From Burkholderiales bacterium (GTDB taxonomy: Bacteria; Pseudomonadota; Gammaproteobacteria; Burkholderiales; SG8-41), in assembly GCA_019635015.1 (NCBI GenBank), contig JAHCAG010000009.1, positions 53,735 through 117,734 on the forward strand: a stretch of DNA of 64,000 nucleotides, given 5' to 3'. Below, piece after piece: positions 46,865 through 56,789 of this stretch. A program made the position numbers and the translations under genes. Positions within the stretch are counted from its first letter, which is position 1; the number at the start of each line of letters is the position of its first letter. The notes under the pieces are model-generated. The model saw only the letters and a list, made by a program, of their open reading frames with translations, was not told the DNA's origin and ran no database searches.

Positions 46865-46942
46865 GCAAACCCGCATTGCCGGACGGATACCTGCGCCTGT
46901 TTCCATCCGGCCCCTGCGACGCGCCCCTGAATAAAACCGCCC

Positions 46943-48298
46943 ATGTTTGAAAAAATCCTCATCGCCAACCGCGGCGAAATCGCCCTGCGCATCCAGCGCG
47001 CCTGCCGTGAAATGGGCATCAAGACCGTGGTCGTGCATTCCGAGGCCGACGCCGAAGCCAAGTACGTCCGGCTTGCCGACGAGTCGGTGTGTATCGGCCC
47101 GGCGCCTTCCGCGGCGAGTTACCTCAACGTGCCGGCGATCATTGCCGCGGCGGAGGTGACCGATGCCGAAGCCATCCACCCCGGCTACGGATTCCTGTCC
47201 GAAAACGCGGATTTCGCCGAACGCGTCGAGCAGAGCGGCTTCACCTTCATCGGCCCGCGCGCCGAGACCATCCGCCTGATGGGAGACAAGGTCAGCGCCA
47301 AGAACGCAATGAAGAAAGCCGGCGTGCCGGTGGTGCCGGGCATGGACGGGGCCTTGCCCGAGGACCCCAAGGAAATCGTCAAAATAGCGCGCCAGATCGG
47401 CTACCCGGTGATCATCAAGGCGGCGGGCGGCGGCGGCGGCCGCGGCATGCGCGTGGTGCACACCGAGGCTGCGCTGAAAAATGCCGTGGCCACCACGCGG
47501 GCGGAGGCGCAGGCCGCTTTCAGCAATCCCTCGGTGTACATGGAGAAGTACCTGGAAAAGCCGCGGCACATCGAAATCCAGGTGCTCGCCGACAAGCATC
47601 GCAATGCCTACTATTTCGGCGACCGCGACTGTTCGATGCAGCGCCGCCACCAGAAGATCATCGAGGAAGCCCCCGCGCCGCTGCTGACCGAACGCGCGCG
47701 CGTCCGCATCGGCGAGCGCTGTGCCGAAGCCTGCCGCAAGATCGGCTACGAAGGGGCCGGCACCTTCGAATTCCTCTATGAGGGCGGCGAATTCTATTTC
47801 ATAGAAATGAACACGCGGCTGCAGGTCGAACACCCGGTCACCGAGTTCGTCACCGGCCACGATCTCGTGCAGTTGCAGATCCGCGTGGCGGCCGGCGAGA
47901 AGCTCACGCTGCGGCAGAAGGACATCGTGCTCAGGGGCCACGCGGTCGAGTGCCGCATCAATGCCGAGGATCCGTACAAGTTCACGCCGTCGCCCGGGCG
48001 CATCACCTCGCTGCACATGCCCGGCGGCCCGGGGGTGCGCGTCGATTCGCATGCCTACAACGGCTATTTTGTGCCGCCCAACTACGACTCGCTGATCGGC
48101 AAGATCATCACCTACGGCGATACCCGCGAGCAGGCGATCGCGCGCATGCACATCGCGCTGTCGGAGACGGTCATCGAGGGCATCAGCACCAATCTGCCGC
48201 TGCATCGCGAACTGATGGGCGATGCCGCCTTCCGCCGCGGCGGCACCAGCATCCACTATCTCGAAGAGCGGCTGGCGAAACTGACCCGCGCCGAATAG
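46943..48298 (+). CDS. accC: acetyl-CoA carboxylase biotin carboxylase subunit
   Basis: [17 protein letters not shown]..., [18 protein letters not shown] and [14 protein letters not shown]. Confidence 0.95.
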   Translation: MFEKILIANRGEIALRIQRACREMGIKTVVVHSEADAEAKYVRLADESVCIGPAPSAASYLNVPAIIAAAEVTDAEAIHPGYGFLSENADFAERVEQSGFTFIGPRAETIRLMGDKVSAKNAMKKAGVPVVPGMDGALPEDPKEIVKIARQIGYPVIIKAAGGGGGRGMRVVHTEAALKNAVATTRAEAQAAFSNPSVYMEKYLEKPRHIEIQVLADKHRNAYYFGDRDCSMQRRHQKIIEEAPAPLLTERARVRIGERCAEACRKIGYEGAGTFEFLYEGGEFYFIEMNTRLQVEHPVTEFVTGHDLVQLQIRVAAGEKLTLRQKDIVLRGHAVECRINAEDPYKFTPSPGRITSLHMPGGPGVRVDSHAYNGYFVPPNYDSLIGKIITYGDTREQAIARMHIALSETVIEGISTNLPLHRELMGDAAFRRGGTSIHYLEERLAKLTRAE

Positions 48299-48338
48299 GG
48301 CGCGGCGACGCGCCGGCGCAACAACCCCGGACGGCACC

Positions 48339-49229
48339 ATGGCCTGGCTGTGCGCGATCATGCATGTGGAGGAAGCCTCGGTCGAGGCGCTGTCGGATGC
48401 CCTGCTCGATGCGGGCGCGCTGGCGGTCGATGTGCAGGACGCGGCGGCAGGCACCGGGGCCGAACGCCCGATTTTTGCCGAACCGGGTGAGGCGCCCGCC
48501 TCGGCCTGGCTCGCCAACCGCATCAGCGCACTGTTTCCGCTGGAGGCCGAACTGCAGTTGGCGGTGCCGCAGGCTCTGGCCGCGGCCGGCGTCGCGGCCG
48601 GCACGACCTTCCGGGTCGAGCGCGTCGAGGATGAAGACTGGGTGCGCCTGACCCAGAGCCAGTTCCAGCCGCTGCAGATCACGGACCGCCTGTGGGTGGT
48701 GCCGAGCTGGCACCAGCCCCCCGATGCGGACGCGATCAATATCGTGCTTGATCCGGGCGTGGCCTTCGGCACCGGCGCCCATCCGACGACGCGGCTGTGC
48801 CTGCGCTGGCTCGCCGGAACCGTGACGCCCGGCGTCGACGTGCTCGATTACGGCTGCGGTTCCGGCATCCTCGCCATCGCCGCGATGAAACTCGGGGCCG
48901 GCAGCGCCCGCGGCATCGACATTGATCCCCAGGCGCTGGACGCGGCGCGTGACAATGCGCGACGCAACGAAGTTGACATCACTTTCGCCACGGCCGAATC
49001 GGCAGTCGTCGCCCCGGCGCGGATCGTGGTCGCCAACATCCTCGCCAACCCGCTGACCGTGCTTGCACCCCTGCTGGCGCGGCTGACATGCCCGGGCGGA
49101 CACATCGCGCTGGCGGGCATACTCGCCGACCAGTGGCAGAAGGTGCACGCAGTCTATGCGGCCGATTTCGACATGCGGCCCGAGGCCACCGACGACGGCT
49201 GGGTTTTGCTGACCGGCGTACGCAGGTAG
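48339..49229 (+). CDS. prmA: ribosomal protein L11 methyltransferase
   Basis: LDPGVAFGTGAHPTT and VLDYGCGSGILAIAA motifs. Position after accC. Confidence 0.9.
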   Translation: MAWLCAIMHVEEASVEALSDALLDAGALAVDVQDAAAGTGAERPIFAEPGEAPASAWLANRISALFPLEAELQLAVPQALAAAGVAAGTTFRVERVEDEDWVRLTQSQFQPLQITDRLWVVPSWHQPPDADAINIVLDPGVAFGTGAHPTTRLCLRWLAGTVTPGVDVLDYGCGSGILAIAAMKLGAGSARGIDIDPQALDAARDNARRNEVDITFATAESAVVAPARIVVANILANPLTVLAPLLARLTCPGGHIALAGILADQWQKVHAVYAADFDMRPEATDDGWVLLTGVRR

Positions 49230-49238
49230 AGTGACGCC

Positions 49239-50231
49239 ATGCCGCTGATGACCCGCTGCTCCCATTGCCAGACGGTGTTCCGCATTACGCCGGAGCAGCT
49301 GCGTGTGCATGGCGGGCGGGTACGCTGCGGGCGCTGTCTCCAGGTTTTCAACGGGCTGGAGACACTGGTGCCGGATGTGCAGCCGCCGGCCGCCACCGCG
49401 ATGGCGGTTGATCCGGTGCCGGCGGACCTTGCACCGGACACGCCGGTCCCCGCGGACGGAACCGCTGTCACCGGAATCGTGGTGGAGAGTGTCATCGAGG
49501 ACGCCGCTGCCGCAGCGCCTGCTGAAACGGCACCCGCCGGGCCATCGGCCGGGCTGACGGATATCCTGCCGGAGCCGTCCGAGATGATTCCGGAGGCTCC
49601 TCTCGCCGTGCGGACTCCCGGAGAGGCGGGGGAGGCAAAAGCGGAAGCGGAGATGCAAGTGCAGGTGGAGGCCGCTGCTGCGCCGGCGGAAGAACCCGCC
49701 GGCAATCCGTTCATGCAGGAGGACGTGATGCCGGCGACGGAGTCGCCGCGGCGGCCGTGGCTGCTTGCGGCGAGTGTGCTGCTGGCACTCGTGCTCGGTG
49801 CACAGGCCATTTATTTTTATCGTGGCGACATTGCCGCGCGTCATCCGCAGGCGCGGCAATGGCTCAATGCGGCCTGCGCGCAGATGGCCTGCACGGTGCC
49901 GCTGCCGCAGTTGCCGAAATCGGTGCTGATCGAAGCCTCTGATCTGCAGCTGGCGGACCCGGCGCGCCCCGAGCGCATCCAGCTCACGGCGACGCTGCGC
50001 AATCATGCCGGGCACGCGGTCGCCTATCCGGCGCTCGACCTCGTGCTGACCAATGCCAATGACCATACGCTGGCGCGGCGCATTTTTCTGCCGGCGGAGT
50101 ATCTGGGCGGCGGCCGTGATCCGCAGGGGGGGCTCGCCGCCAATGCCGAGCTGACGGTGCGGCTCGCGCTGGATACCGGCAATCTCGGCGCAGCGGGATT
50201 CCGCCTCGCGGTGCTCGCGGCACCGCGTTGA
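49239..50231 (+). CDS. zinc-ribbon (MJ0042-type) + DUF3426 domain protein
   Basis: TRCSHCQTVFRITPEQL...VRCGRCLQVF zinc ribbon, an acidic/Ala-Pro-rich linker, one TM helix and a C-terminal DUF3426-like domain. Confidence 0.7.
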   Translation: MPLMTRCSHCQTVFRITPEQLRVHGGRVRCGRCLQVFNGLETLVPDVQPPAATAMAVDPVPADLAPDTPVPADGTAVTGIVVESVIEDAAAAAPAETAPAGPSAGLTDILPEPSEMIPEAPLAVRTPGEAGEAKAEAEMQVQVEAAAAPAEEPAGNPFMQEDVMPATESPRRPWLLAASVLLALVLGAQAIYFYRGDIAARHPQARQWLNAACAQMACTVPLPQLPKSVLIEASDLQLADPARPERIQLTATLRNHAGHAVAYPALDLVLTNANDHTLARRIFLPAEYLGGGRDPQGGLAANAELTVRLALDTGNLGAAGFRLAVLAAPR

Positions 50232-50263
50232 GTCCGACCCGCGCCCCGGACCGTTTTATGCTA

Positions 50264-50291
50264 TAAATAATTGATTTTATTGATATTTTTT
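50264..50291 (-). repeat. AT-rich IHF-consensus-like module, copy 6
   Basis: Minus strand reads AAAAAATATCAATAAAATCAATTATTTA. The core AATCAATTATTTA is a perfect consensus match. Lies 13 bp upstream of the gcvH ATG. Confidence 0.6.
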
Positions 50292-50303
50292 GGAGTATTG
50301 TGA

Positions 50304-50693
50304 ATGAGCGCCCCTGAACACCTGAAATACACCTCCAGTCATGAATGGGTGCGCCGTGAGGCCGACGGCAGCGTCAGCATCGGCATTACCCAGCATGCGC
50401 AGGAACAACTGGGCGATGTAGTGTTCATCGACAACCCGCAACCGGGACGGCGTGTGGAGCAGGGCGAGGAATGCGGTGTCATCGAATCCGTAAAGGCGGC
50501 GGGCGACATCCATGCGCCGGTATCCGGCGAAATCGTCGCCGCCAATGCCGAACTGGCAGACGTGCCCGAGAAAATCAACGAGGATCCGTACGCGGCGTGG
50601 ATGTTCCGCATCCGGCCCTCCGATCCGGCGCAGATCGACGCCTTGCTCGATGCTGCGGGTTACCTCAAGGCGGTCGGATCGGGGGACGGCTGA
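50304..50693 (+). CDS. gcvH: glycine cleavage system H protein (lipoyl carrier)
   Basis: LKYTSSHEWVR and the lipoylation motif VIESVKAAGDIHAPVSGEIV. Confidence 0.9.
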   Translation: MSAPEHLKYTSSHEWVRREADGSVSIGITQHAQEQLGDVVFIDNPQPGRRVEQGEECGVIESVKAAGDIHAPVSGEIVAANAELADVPEKINEDPYAAWMFRIRPSDPAQIDALLDAAGYLKAVGSGDG

Positions 50694-50828
50694 ACAGCCG
50701 CAGCCTCGCGGTGCCCGGCGCCGCAGCAACACGAACGCAACATGCGCCTGTCAGGATCGCGCCGCCATGCGGCCGGATGTCCGGCCCGCGGTGGACAACT
50801 GCAGAAGCAGATGGGGAGATGGCCGACG

Positions 50829-51215
50829 ATGGATTCCGCACAGGGTGGCGAAAGCCCGCACAAAGGCAAGACCGGACTGAAGCGCGTGTACAACGCGTTT
50901 TTCTACTCGATGGACGGTCTGCGCGCCGCATTCCGCCACGAGGATGCCTTTCGCCAGGAAGTCCTGCTCGCGGCACTGCTGATCCCGGCCGCGCTGTTCA
51001 CGCCCGCCTCCGGCACCGGCAAGGCCATGATGATTGCGGCGGTGCTGCTGGTGCTGATCGTCGAACTGCTGAACTCGGCGGTGGAAGCCGCAGTTGACCG
51101 CATTTCGCTGGAGAACCACGCGCTGGCCAAGCGCGCGAAAGACATCGGCAGCGCCGCGGTGTTTCTCGCGCTGGTCAACGTGCCGCTGGTGTGGGTCTTG
51201 GTGCTGTTCGGCTGA
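50829..51215 (+). CDS. dgkA: diacylglycerol kinase
   Basis: GLKRVYNAFFYSMDGLRAAFRHEDAFRQE and ELLNSAVEAAVDRIS motifs. The start (50829 versus 50811) is not resolved. Confidence 0.85.
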   Translation: MDSAQGGESPHKGKTGLKRVYNAFFYSMDGLRAAFRHEDAFRQEVLLAALLIPAALFTPASGTGKAMMIAAVLLVLIVELLNSAVEAAVDRISLENHALAKRAKDIGSAAVFLALVNVPLVWVLVLFG

Positions 51216-51350
51216 TTTCCGCGCGCCGCCGCCCGGCTGTCGCGCAACTGTCATTCCGCTGTCACCGCCGCGTCGCATCGCCGCGGCAGGATGCGCGTCA
51301 TGGACGGCGCAGACATCGTGTTGCAGCATTATCCGGCGGCCGTGCGCAGG

Positions 51351-52514
51351 ATGCGCGTGGCGATGGTCACCGAGACCTATCCGCCGGAAATCAACGGCGT
51401 GGCGATGACCATGGGCCGCATCGTCAGCGGATTGCAGGCGCGCGGCCACGCGGTGCAGCTGATCCGCCCGCGCCAGCATGCCGGCGACCAGCCCGCCGAC
51501 CAGCCGCTGTTCCAGGAAGTGCTGCAGCGGGGCATGCCGATCCCGCGTTACGATGCACTGAAGCTCGGCCTGCCGGCGAAACAGGCGCTGATGCGGTTGT
51601 GGGCGACGCGCCGGCCCGACATCGTGCACGTGGTCACCGAAGGCCCGCTCGGCTGGTCGGCGCTGGCCGCAGCCTCGAAACTGAAGCTGCCGGTGGCGAC
51701 CGATTTCCATACCAATTTCCACAGCTACAGCGCGCATTACGGCGTCGGCTGGCTGAAGACGCCGATCACCGCCTATCTGCGCAAGTTCCACAACAGGGCC
51801 TTGCGCACGCTGGTGCCGACCGAAAGCCTGCGGCAGGAACTTCAAGCGCTCGGGTTCCGCAACCTGCAGGTGGTTGCGCGCGGTGTCGATACCGCGCTGT
51901 TCAATCCCTCGCGGCGCAGCGCCGCGCTGCGCGGGGAGTGGGGCGCCGCCGCGGAGGATCCTGTTGCGCTGTACGTCGGCCGGCTGGCCCCGGAAAAAAA
52001 CCTGCCGCTGGTGCTGCGCGCTTACGCGCTGATGCGCGAGCTGCAGCCGCGGCTGAAGCTGGTGATGGTGGGTGACGGCCCCGAGCGCGGGCGCATCGAG
52101 CGCGAGAACCCCGGCGTGCTGTTCGCCGGCATGCGCACCGGCGAAGATCTGGCCGCGCATTACGCCTCAGCCGACATTTTCCTGTTTCCCAGCCTCACCG
52201 AAACCTACGGCAACGTCACCGTCGAGGCGATGGCGAGCGGACTGGCGGTCATCGCCTACGACTATGCCGCCGCGCAGCAGCACATCCGCAGCGGCGAGAA
52301 CGGGCTGCTTGCGGCGCCTGGAGCCGCTGATGACTACGCGCAGGCCGCAGCCGCCCTAGCCATCGATCTGCCGCGCGCGCGCCGGCTCGGCGGACAGGCA
52401 AGGAGGACCACCGAAAAGCTCGACTGGTCGTGCATCGTTGCCGAATTCGAGGATGCCCTGCTGGCGCTGACCGGCGACGCCGGCGAAGGGGAGGCTGTGC
52501 ATGCCCGTGCTTGA
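51351..52514 (+). CDS. GT4-family (group 1) glycosyltransferase
   Basis: MRVAMVTETYPPEINGVAMTM N-terminus and the C-terminal FPSLTETYGNVTVEAMASGLAV (EX7E-type) motif. Confidence 0.85.
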   Translation: MRVAMVTETYPPEINGVAMTMGRIVSGLQARGHAVQLIRPRQHAGDQPADQPLFQEVLQRGMPIPRYDALKLGLPAKQALMRLWATRRPDIVHVVTEGPLGWSALAAASKLKLPVATDFHTNFHSYSAHYGVGWLKTPITAYLRKFHNRALRTLVPTESLRQELQALGFRNLQVVARGVDTALFNPSRRSAALRGEWGAAAEDPVALYVGRLAPEKNLPLVLRAYALMRELQPRLKLVMVGDGPERGRIERENPGVLFAGMRTGEDLAAHYASADIFLFPSLTETYGNVTVEAMASGLAVIAYDYAAAQQHIRSGENGLLAAPGAADDYAQAAAALAIDLPRARRLGGQARRTTEKLDWSCIVAEFEDALLALTGDAGEGEAVHARA

Positions 52515-53025
52515 GCGGTTTGCACACTGGGATCTGCAGCTCTGCCTGCGTGTCAACCGCGTCTGCCGGCGGGTCAGCTGGCGCATGCTGTTCCGCTGTG
52601 TCAGCGTTCTCGGCGACGGCCTGTTCTGGTACGCGCTGATGGCGGCCCTGCTGGTCGCCGGACGCGATGCCGCGGTGACCCCGGTGTTGCACATGATGGC
52701 GGTTGGCCTGGCCTGCAGCTTCGGCTACAAGTGGCTGAAGGCACGCACCCTGCGGCCGCGGCCGTACCAGGTGCATGCGGACATCGAACGTTTCGCGGTG
52801 CCGCTCGACCGCTTCAGTTTTCCCTCGGGTCATACACTGCATGCGGTGGCCTTCACGCTGGTGGCGCTGGCCTACTATCCCGCGCTGGCCTGGCTGCTGT
52901 GGCCGTTCACGCTGCTGGTGGCGCTGTCGCGGGTGGTGCTGGGCCTGCACTATCCCAGCGACGTGCTGGTCGGTGCTGTGCTGGGGGCTGCGCTGGCGCT
53001 GCTGTCACTCCAGATCGCGCCATAA
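52501..53025 (+). CDS. PAP2-family phosphatase (membrane)
   Basis: Acid-phosphatase motifs KARTLRPRP, FPSGHT and SRVVLGLHYPSD. 14-nt overlap with the glycosyltransferase gene. Confidence 0.85.
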   Translation: MPVLERFAHWDLQLCLRVNRVCRRVSWRMLFRCVSVLGDGLFWYALMAALLVAGRDAAVTPVLHMMAVGLACSFGYKWLKARTLRPRPYQVHADIERFAVPLDRFSFPSGHTLHAVAFTLVALAYYPALAWLLWPFTLLVALSRVVLGLHYPSDVLVGAVLGAALALLSLQIAP

Positions 53026-53047
53026 AATAATTTAAAAACAAATACTT
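53021..53047 (+). repeat. AT-rich IHF-consensus-like module, copy 7 (diverged)
   Basis: ATAAAATAATTTAAAAACAAATACTTG. The core AAACAAATACTTG has one mismatch. The module contains the TAA stop of the PAP2 gene. Confidence 0.5.
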
Positions 53048-53117
53048 GCGATAGATCCTGCCTGAAAGACGGACACGTCCTCAGCCGGCGCATCCGTCGA
53101 TACCGTCGGTCGCCAGC

Positions 53118-53543
53118 CTATTTCTTCAGGGCGTCGCGGATTTCACGCAGCAACAGAACATCTTCCGGCGTTGCCGCCGGCGCTGCGGGCGCAGCCTCTT
53201 CCTTGCGCTTCATGCGATTGATCGCGCGGATCAGCAGAAACACTGCGAAGGCGACGATGATGAAGCTGATGCAGGTGTTGATGAACATGCCGTAGTTGAA
53301 GGTCACCGCGCCGGCCTTCTGCGCCGCGTCGACCGACAGGTACGGGCCGGGCATCGCGCCTTCCCGCATCACCAGGAACAGGTTCGAGAAATCGACCTTG
53401 CCGAGCAGCAGGCCGATCGGCGGCATGATCACGTCCTTCACCAGCGACTCGACGATCTTGCCGAATGCCGCGCCGATGATGATGCCGACGGCCATGTCGA
53501 CAACGTTGCCGCGCATCGCGAATTCCCGGAATTCCTTGAGCAT
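53118..53543 (-). CDS. mscL: large-conductance mechanosensitive channel
   Basis: [31 protein letters not shown]... GGGAGGGA RBS upstream of the ATG at 53543. Confidence 0.95.
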   Translation of the reverse strand: MLKEFREFAMRGNVVDMAVGIIIGAAFGKIVESLVKDVIMPPIGLLLGKVDFSNLFLVMREGAMPGPYLSVDAAQKAGAVTFNYGMFINTCISFIIVAFAVFLLIRAINRMKRKEEAAPAAPAATPEDVLLLREIRDALKK

Positions 53544-53709
53544 GATGGTGTTCCCTCCCTTGAGTTGTGGGTCGGCGGCGGCAACAGCCAAGCCTCCGCA
53601 ACCCTTTACCGATTATGCAGCAGGCATGCTGGCGCACCAAGGTGTCGTTCGCGGGAGACGGCAGGGGGCGTTGGTATAATCCGCCGTCCATTTTTCCAGG
53701 CGGCCCCCG

Positions 53710-54645
53710 ATGTCCACACTGATCTGCGGTTCGATGGCGTACGACACCATCATGGTGTTCCGCGACCGTTTCAAGAACCACATACTGCCCGACCAGCTGC
53801 ATATCCTCAACGTCGCCTTCCTGGTGCCCGACATGCGCCGCGAGTTCGGCGGCTGCGCCGGCAACATTGCCTATACCCTGCAGATGCTCGGCGGCGATGC
53901 GCACATCATGGCCACCGTCGGCGATGATTTCGCGCCCTACGATGACCGCCTGCAGCGGCTCGGCCTGTCGCAGGACCACATCCGCACGGTCCCCGGCAGT
54001 TTCACCGCCCAGGCCTTCATCACCACCGATCTCGACGACAACCAGATCACGGCTTTCCACCCGGGGGCGATGAACCATTCGCACGAGAACCATGTCGGCG
54101 ACGCGGCCGGCGTAAAACTCGGCATCGTGGCGCCGGACGGCCGCGACGGCATGATCCAGCATGCGCGGGAATTCCACGAAGCCGGCATACCGTTCATTTT
54201 CGATCCCGGCCAGGGCCTGCCGATGTTCAATGGCGCCGAGCTCGAGGAGTTCCTGCGGCTTGCGCAATATGTCACGGTCAACGACTACGAGGCGCAGATG
54301 CTGCAGGAGCGCACCGGCAAAAAGCTCGGGGAACTGGCGAAACTTGTCAGTGCCGTCGTGGTCACACTGGGAGCAAAAGGCGCGGTGGTGCACGCCGGCG
54401 GTAAACAGATCGCGATTCCGAGCGTTAAACCGGAAGCGGTGCTTGATCCGACCGGCTGCGGCGACGCCTTCCGGGCGGGCCTGCTCTATGGCCTGGCCAG
54501 CGGCGCCGACTGGGAGCTGACCGGCCGGCTGGCGTCGTTGATGGGCTCGCTGAAGATTGCCCGGCGCGGCGGACAGAACCACCGTTTCGAACGTGACGAA
54601 GTGGCGGAGCGTTTTCGCGAGGCCTTCGGCATGAAGCTGTGGTAA
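53710..54645 (+). CDS. PfkB-family carbohydrate/nucleoside kinase
   Basis: GGCAGNIAY and the C-terminal DPTGCGDAFRAG motif of ribokinase-like kinases. Confidence 0.85.
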   Translation: MSTLICGSMAYDTIMVFRDRFKNHILPDQLHILNVAFLVPDMRREFGGCAGNIAYTLQMLGGDAHIMATVGDDFAPYDDRLQRLGLSQDHIRTVPGSFTAQAFITTDLDDNQITAFHPGAMNHSHENHVGDAAGVKLGIVAPDGRDGMIQHAREFHEAGIPFIFDPGQGLPMFNGAELEEFLRLAQYVTVNDYEAQMLQERTGKKLGELAKLVSAVVVTLGAKGAVVHAGGKQIAIPSVKPEAVLDPTGCGDAFRAGLLYGLASGADWELTGRLASLMGSLKIARRGGQNHRFERDEVAERFREAFGMKLW

Positions 54646-54659
54646 CGGGAGACATCATC

Positions 54660-55115
54660 ATGGACAGACGGATGCAGGTGGCAGCGGCACTCCTCGCGCT
54701 GGCGATGCTGGGCGGTTGTGCCCAGGGACTCGGCGGCGGGGCCTATACCCGCGACGAAGCGCGGCGCGAACAGAATGTGCGCATGGGCATGGTCGAGAGC
54801 GTGCGCCCGGTGCAGATTGAAGGCACACGGAGCGGCGTCGGCCCCGCGGCGGGTGCCATTGTCGGCGGCATTGCCGGCAGCACCGTCGGCGGCGGACGCG
54901 GTTCGACGGCTGCCGCGGTGCTGGGCGGTGTCGCCGGCGGCGTCGCCGGACAGGCGATCGAGCAGGGCGCCACCCGGCGCACCGGCGTCGAAATCACGGT
55001 CAAGCTCGACAGCGGTGCGCTGGTGGCGATCGTGCAGGAGGCCGACGAGACCTTCAAACCCGGCGAACGCGTGCGCATCCTTTCCGACGGGCGCACTTCG
55101 CGCGTCACGCATTGA
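54660..55115 (+). CDS. glycine-zipper 2TM outer-membrane lipoprotein (SlyB/Pcp-like)
   Basis: Lipobox LAMLGGC and glycine-zipper tract GAIVGGIAGSTVGGGRGSTAAAVLGGVAGGVAGQ. Confidence 0.8.
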   Translation: MDRRMQVAAALLALAMLGGCAQGLGGGAYTRDEARREQNVRMGMVESVRPVQIEGTRSGVGPAAGAIVGGIAGSTVGGGRGSTAAAVLGGVAGGVAGQAIEQGATRRTGVEITVKLDSGALVAIVQEADETFKPGERVRILSDGRTSRVTH

Positions 55116-55227
55116 TTTCAGGGGCCGCGGCGCGGCGGCCCGTAACCGATTTTTAACGCCAGCTTAACCGCGCTGTAACGGCCCCGCCTTAGCCTGCATT
55201 CCGTCAACCGATGACGGAGGCGGGCCC

Positions 55228-55992
55228 ATGCTGGAACACACCCTTGGACAATCCGAACCGCAGGAGCGGGCCACCCCCGAACTCGCGCTCTCGTTCGCGC
55301 GCACGCCGGCCGAGGTGATGGAGGCGCAGCGTCTGCGTTACAGGGTGTTCGCCGGGGAACTCGGCGCAAAAATGCCCACGGCGGCGGCCGGCATCGACAG
55401 CGATTTCTACGACGCGCACTGCGAACACCTGCTGGTCCGCGACACCGGCAGCGGCGAAGTGGTGGGCACCTACCGGCTGCTGCCCGGGCCGCGGGCGCAG
55501 CGGCTGGGCAGCTTCTATGCCGACGGCGAATTTGATCTGACGCGGCTGCGGCACCTGCGCGAAGCCACCGTGGAAATCGGGCGTTCCTGCGTGCATCCGG
55601 ATTACCGCAACGGCGCGACCATTGCGCGGCTGTGGTCCGGTCTGATCGGTTATGCGGCGCAGCGCGGTTATCGCTACCTGATGGGTTGTGCATCGCTGGG
55701 CATGGCTGACGGCGGGCATGCTGCAGCCGCGATCTATCGCAGCCTCGCCTGCGAACATCTCTCGCCGGTCGAGTACCGCGTGTTCCCGCGTTGCGAGCTG
55801 CCGCTGGACGCCCTCGGCCGTGATGCCGGAGCGGTATCGCCGCCGCCGCTGGTCAAGGCCTATGCCCGGATCGGCGCCTGGATCTGCGGGGCTCCCGCCT
55901 GGGATCCCGATTTCAACACCGCCGACCTGCTGATGCTGCTGCCGCTGTCGCGGATGAACGCGCGCTACGCGCGGCATTTCATGCACGGCTGA
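55228..55992 (+). CDS. olsB: GNAT-family N-acyltransferase, ornithine lipid synthase OlsB-like
   Basis: EAQRLRYRVFAGELG....D.D.FD..C.HLLV.D...GEVVGTYRLL pattern typical of OlsB/hemolysin-like acyltransferases. Immediately followed by an acyltransferase with overlapping stop/start. Confidence 0.7.
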   Translation: MLEHTLGQSEPQERATPELALSFARTPAEVMEAQRLRYRVFAGELGAKMPTAAAGIDSDFYDAHCEHLLVRDTGSGEVVGTYRLLPGPRAQRLGSFYADGEFDLTRLRHLREATVEIGRSCVHPDYRNGATIARLWSGLIGYAAQRGYRYLMGCASLGMADGGHAAAAIYRSLACEHLSPVEYRVFPRCELPLDALGRDAGAVSPPPLVKAYARIGAWICGAPAWDPDFNTADLLMLLPLSRMNARYARHFMHG

Positions 55993-56789
55993 TGGCCGGT
56001 ACGCTGCGCGCCCCTATAATTGCCGCCATGAGCGGCCGGGGTACCACCACATCGCTGCCGAAACGCGGCATGCGCCTTGCGCGCGTCACGCTGCATCTGC
56101 TGCATGGCCTGTGGACTGCGGCCGTGCACTTCCCGTTTTATTCCATTTCGCGTCGGCGCACCGCGGTCCGTCGCTGGTCGCGCAAGCTGCTGCGCATTCT
56201 CGGCGTGCGGCTGCATGTCGAGGGTGTATTGCCGTCCGGCGACACCGGTCCGGCAATGCTGGTGGCCAACCATGTGTCCTGGCTGGACATTTTCGTGATC
56301 AATTCAGCCCTGCCGGTGCGTTTTGTCGCGAAATCGGAAATCCGTTCGTGGCCTGCGATTGGCTGGCTCAGCGCGCGCACCGGCACCCTGTTCATCGAAA
56401 GGGCACGGCGCCGCGATGCCGCACGCATCAATGGCGAGATCGCCGATGCGATGATCGCAGGTGACGTTGTCGCGGTGTTTCCGGAAGGCACGACCACTGA
56501 CGGTTCGCGGGTGCTGCGTTTCCACGGCGCTTTGCTGCAGCCGGCCCTGATTGCAGGCGCCCGGGTGCATCCCGTGGCGCTGCGTTTCGAAGATGGCGGC
56601 GGCGACCTTTGCGTGGCAGCAGCCTACGACGGCGACAAGTCGCTGTGGCAGACGCTGCTCGCGATTGTCGCGCAGCCTGCAGTGCACGCCCGGCTGTGGT
56701 TCCTGACGCCGCTGACATCCGGGGCCGGCCATCGCCGCGAACTGGCCGCGGCGGCACAGCAGCTCATTGCGGATCGCCTGAAGCACTGA
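55992..56789 (+). CDS. olsA: lysophospholipid (PlsC-type) acyltransferase, OlsA-like
   Basis: HX4D motif NHVSWLDI, plus FPEGTTTDG. Coupled to the olsB-like gene. Confidence 0.7.
   Translation: MAGTLRAPIIAAMSGRGTTTSLPKRGMRLARVTLHLLHGLWTAAVHFPFYSISRRRTAVRRWSRKLLRILGVRLHVEGVLPSGDTGPAMLVANHVSWLDIFVINSALPVRFVAKSEIRSWPAIGWLSARTGTLFIERARRRDAARINGEIADAMIAGDVVAVFPEGTTTDGSRVLRFHGALLQPALIAGARVHPVALRFEDGGGDLCVAAAYDGDKSLWQTLLAIVAQPAVHARLWFLTPLTSGAGHRRELAAAAQQLIADRLKH

Noticed and set aside
46865-46942. Imperfect hairpin (CCGGACGGA ... TCCATCCGG) between accB and accC as a possible attenuator.
   Set aside because: The stem is interrupted and has no T-run. accB-accC spacers commonly have incidental structure, so there is not enough evidence to call a regulatory feature.
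50232-50303. Glycine riboswitch upstream of gcvH.
   Set aside because: The spacer is only 72 bp and mostly AT-rich module. It cannot hold the ~100-200 nt tandem aptamer, and the conserved GGAGAG...CACCG-type aptamer core is not visible.
55122-55155. GGGCCGC...GCGGCCC hairpin after the SlyB-like gene as an intrinsic terminator.
   Set aside because: The stem is only 7 bp and the T-run begins 8 nt after it. It is plausible but too weak to list as a feature.
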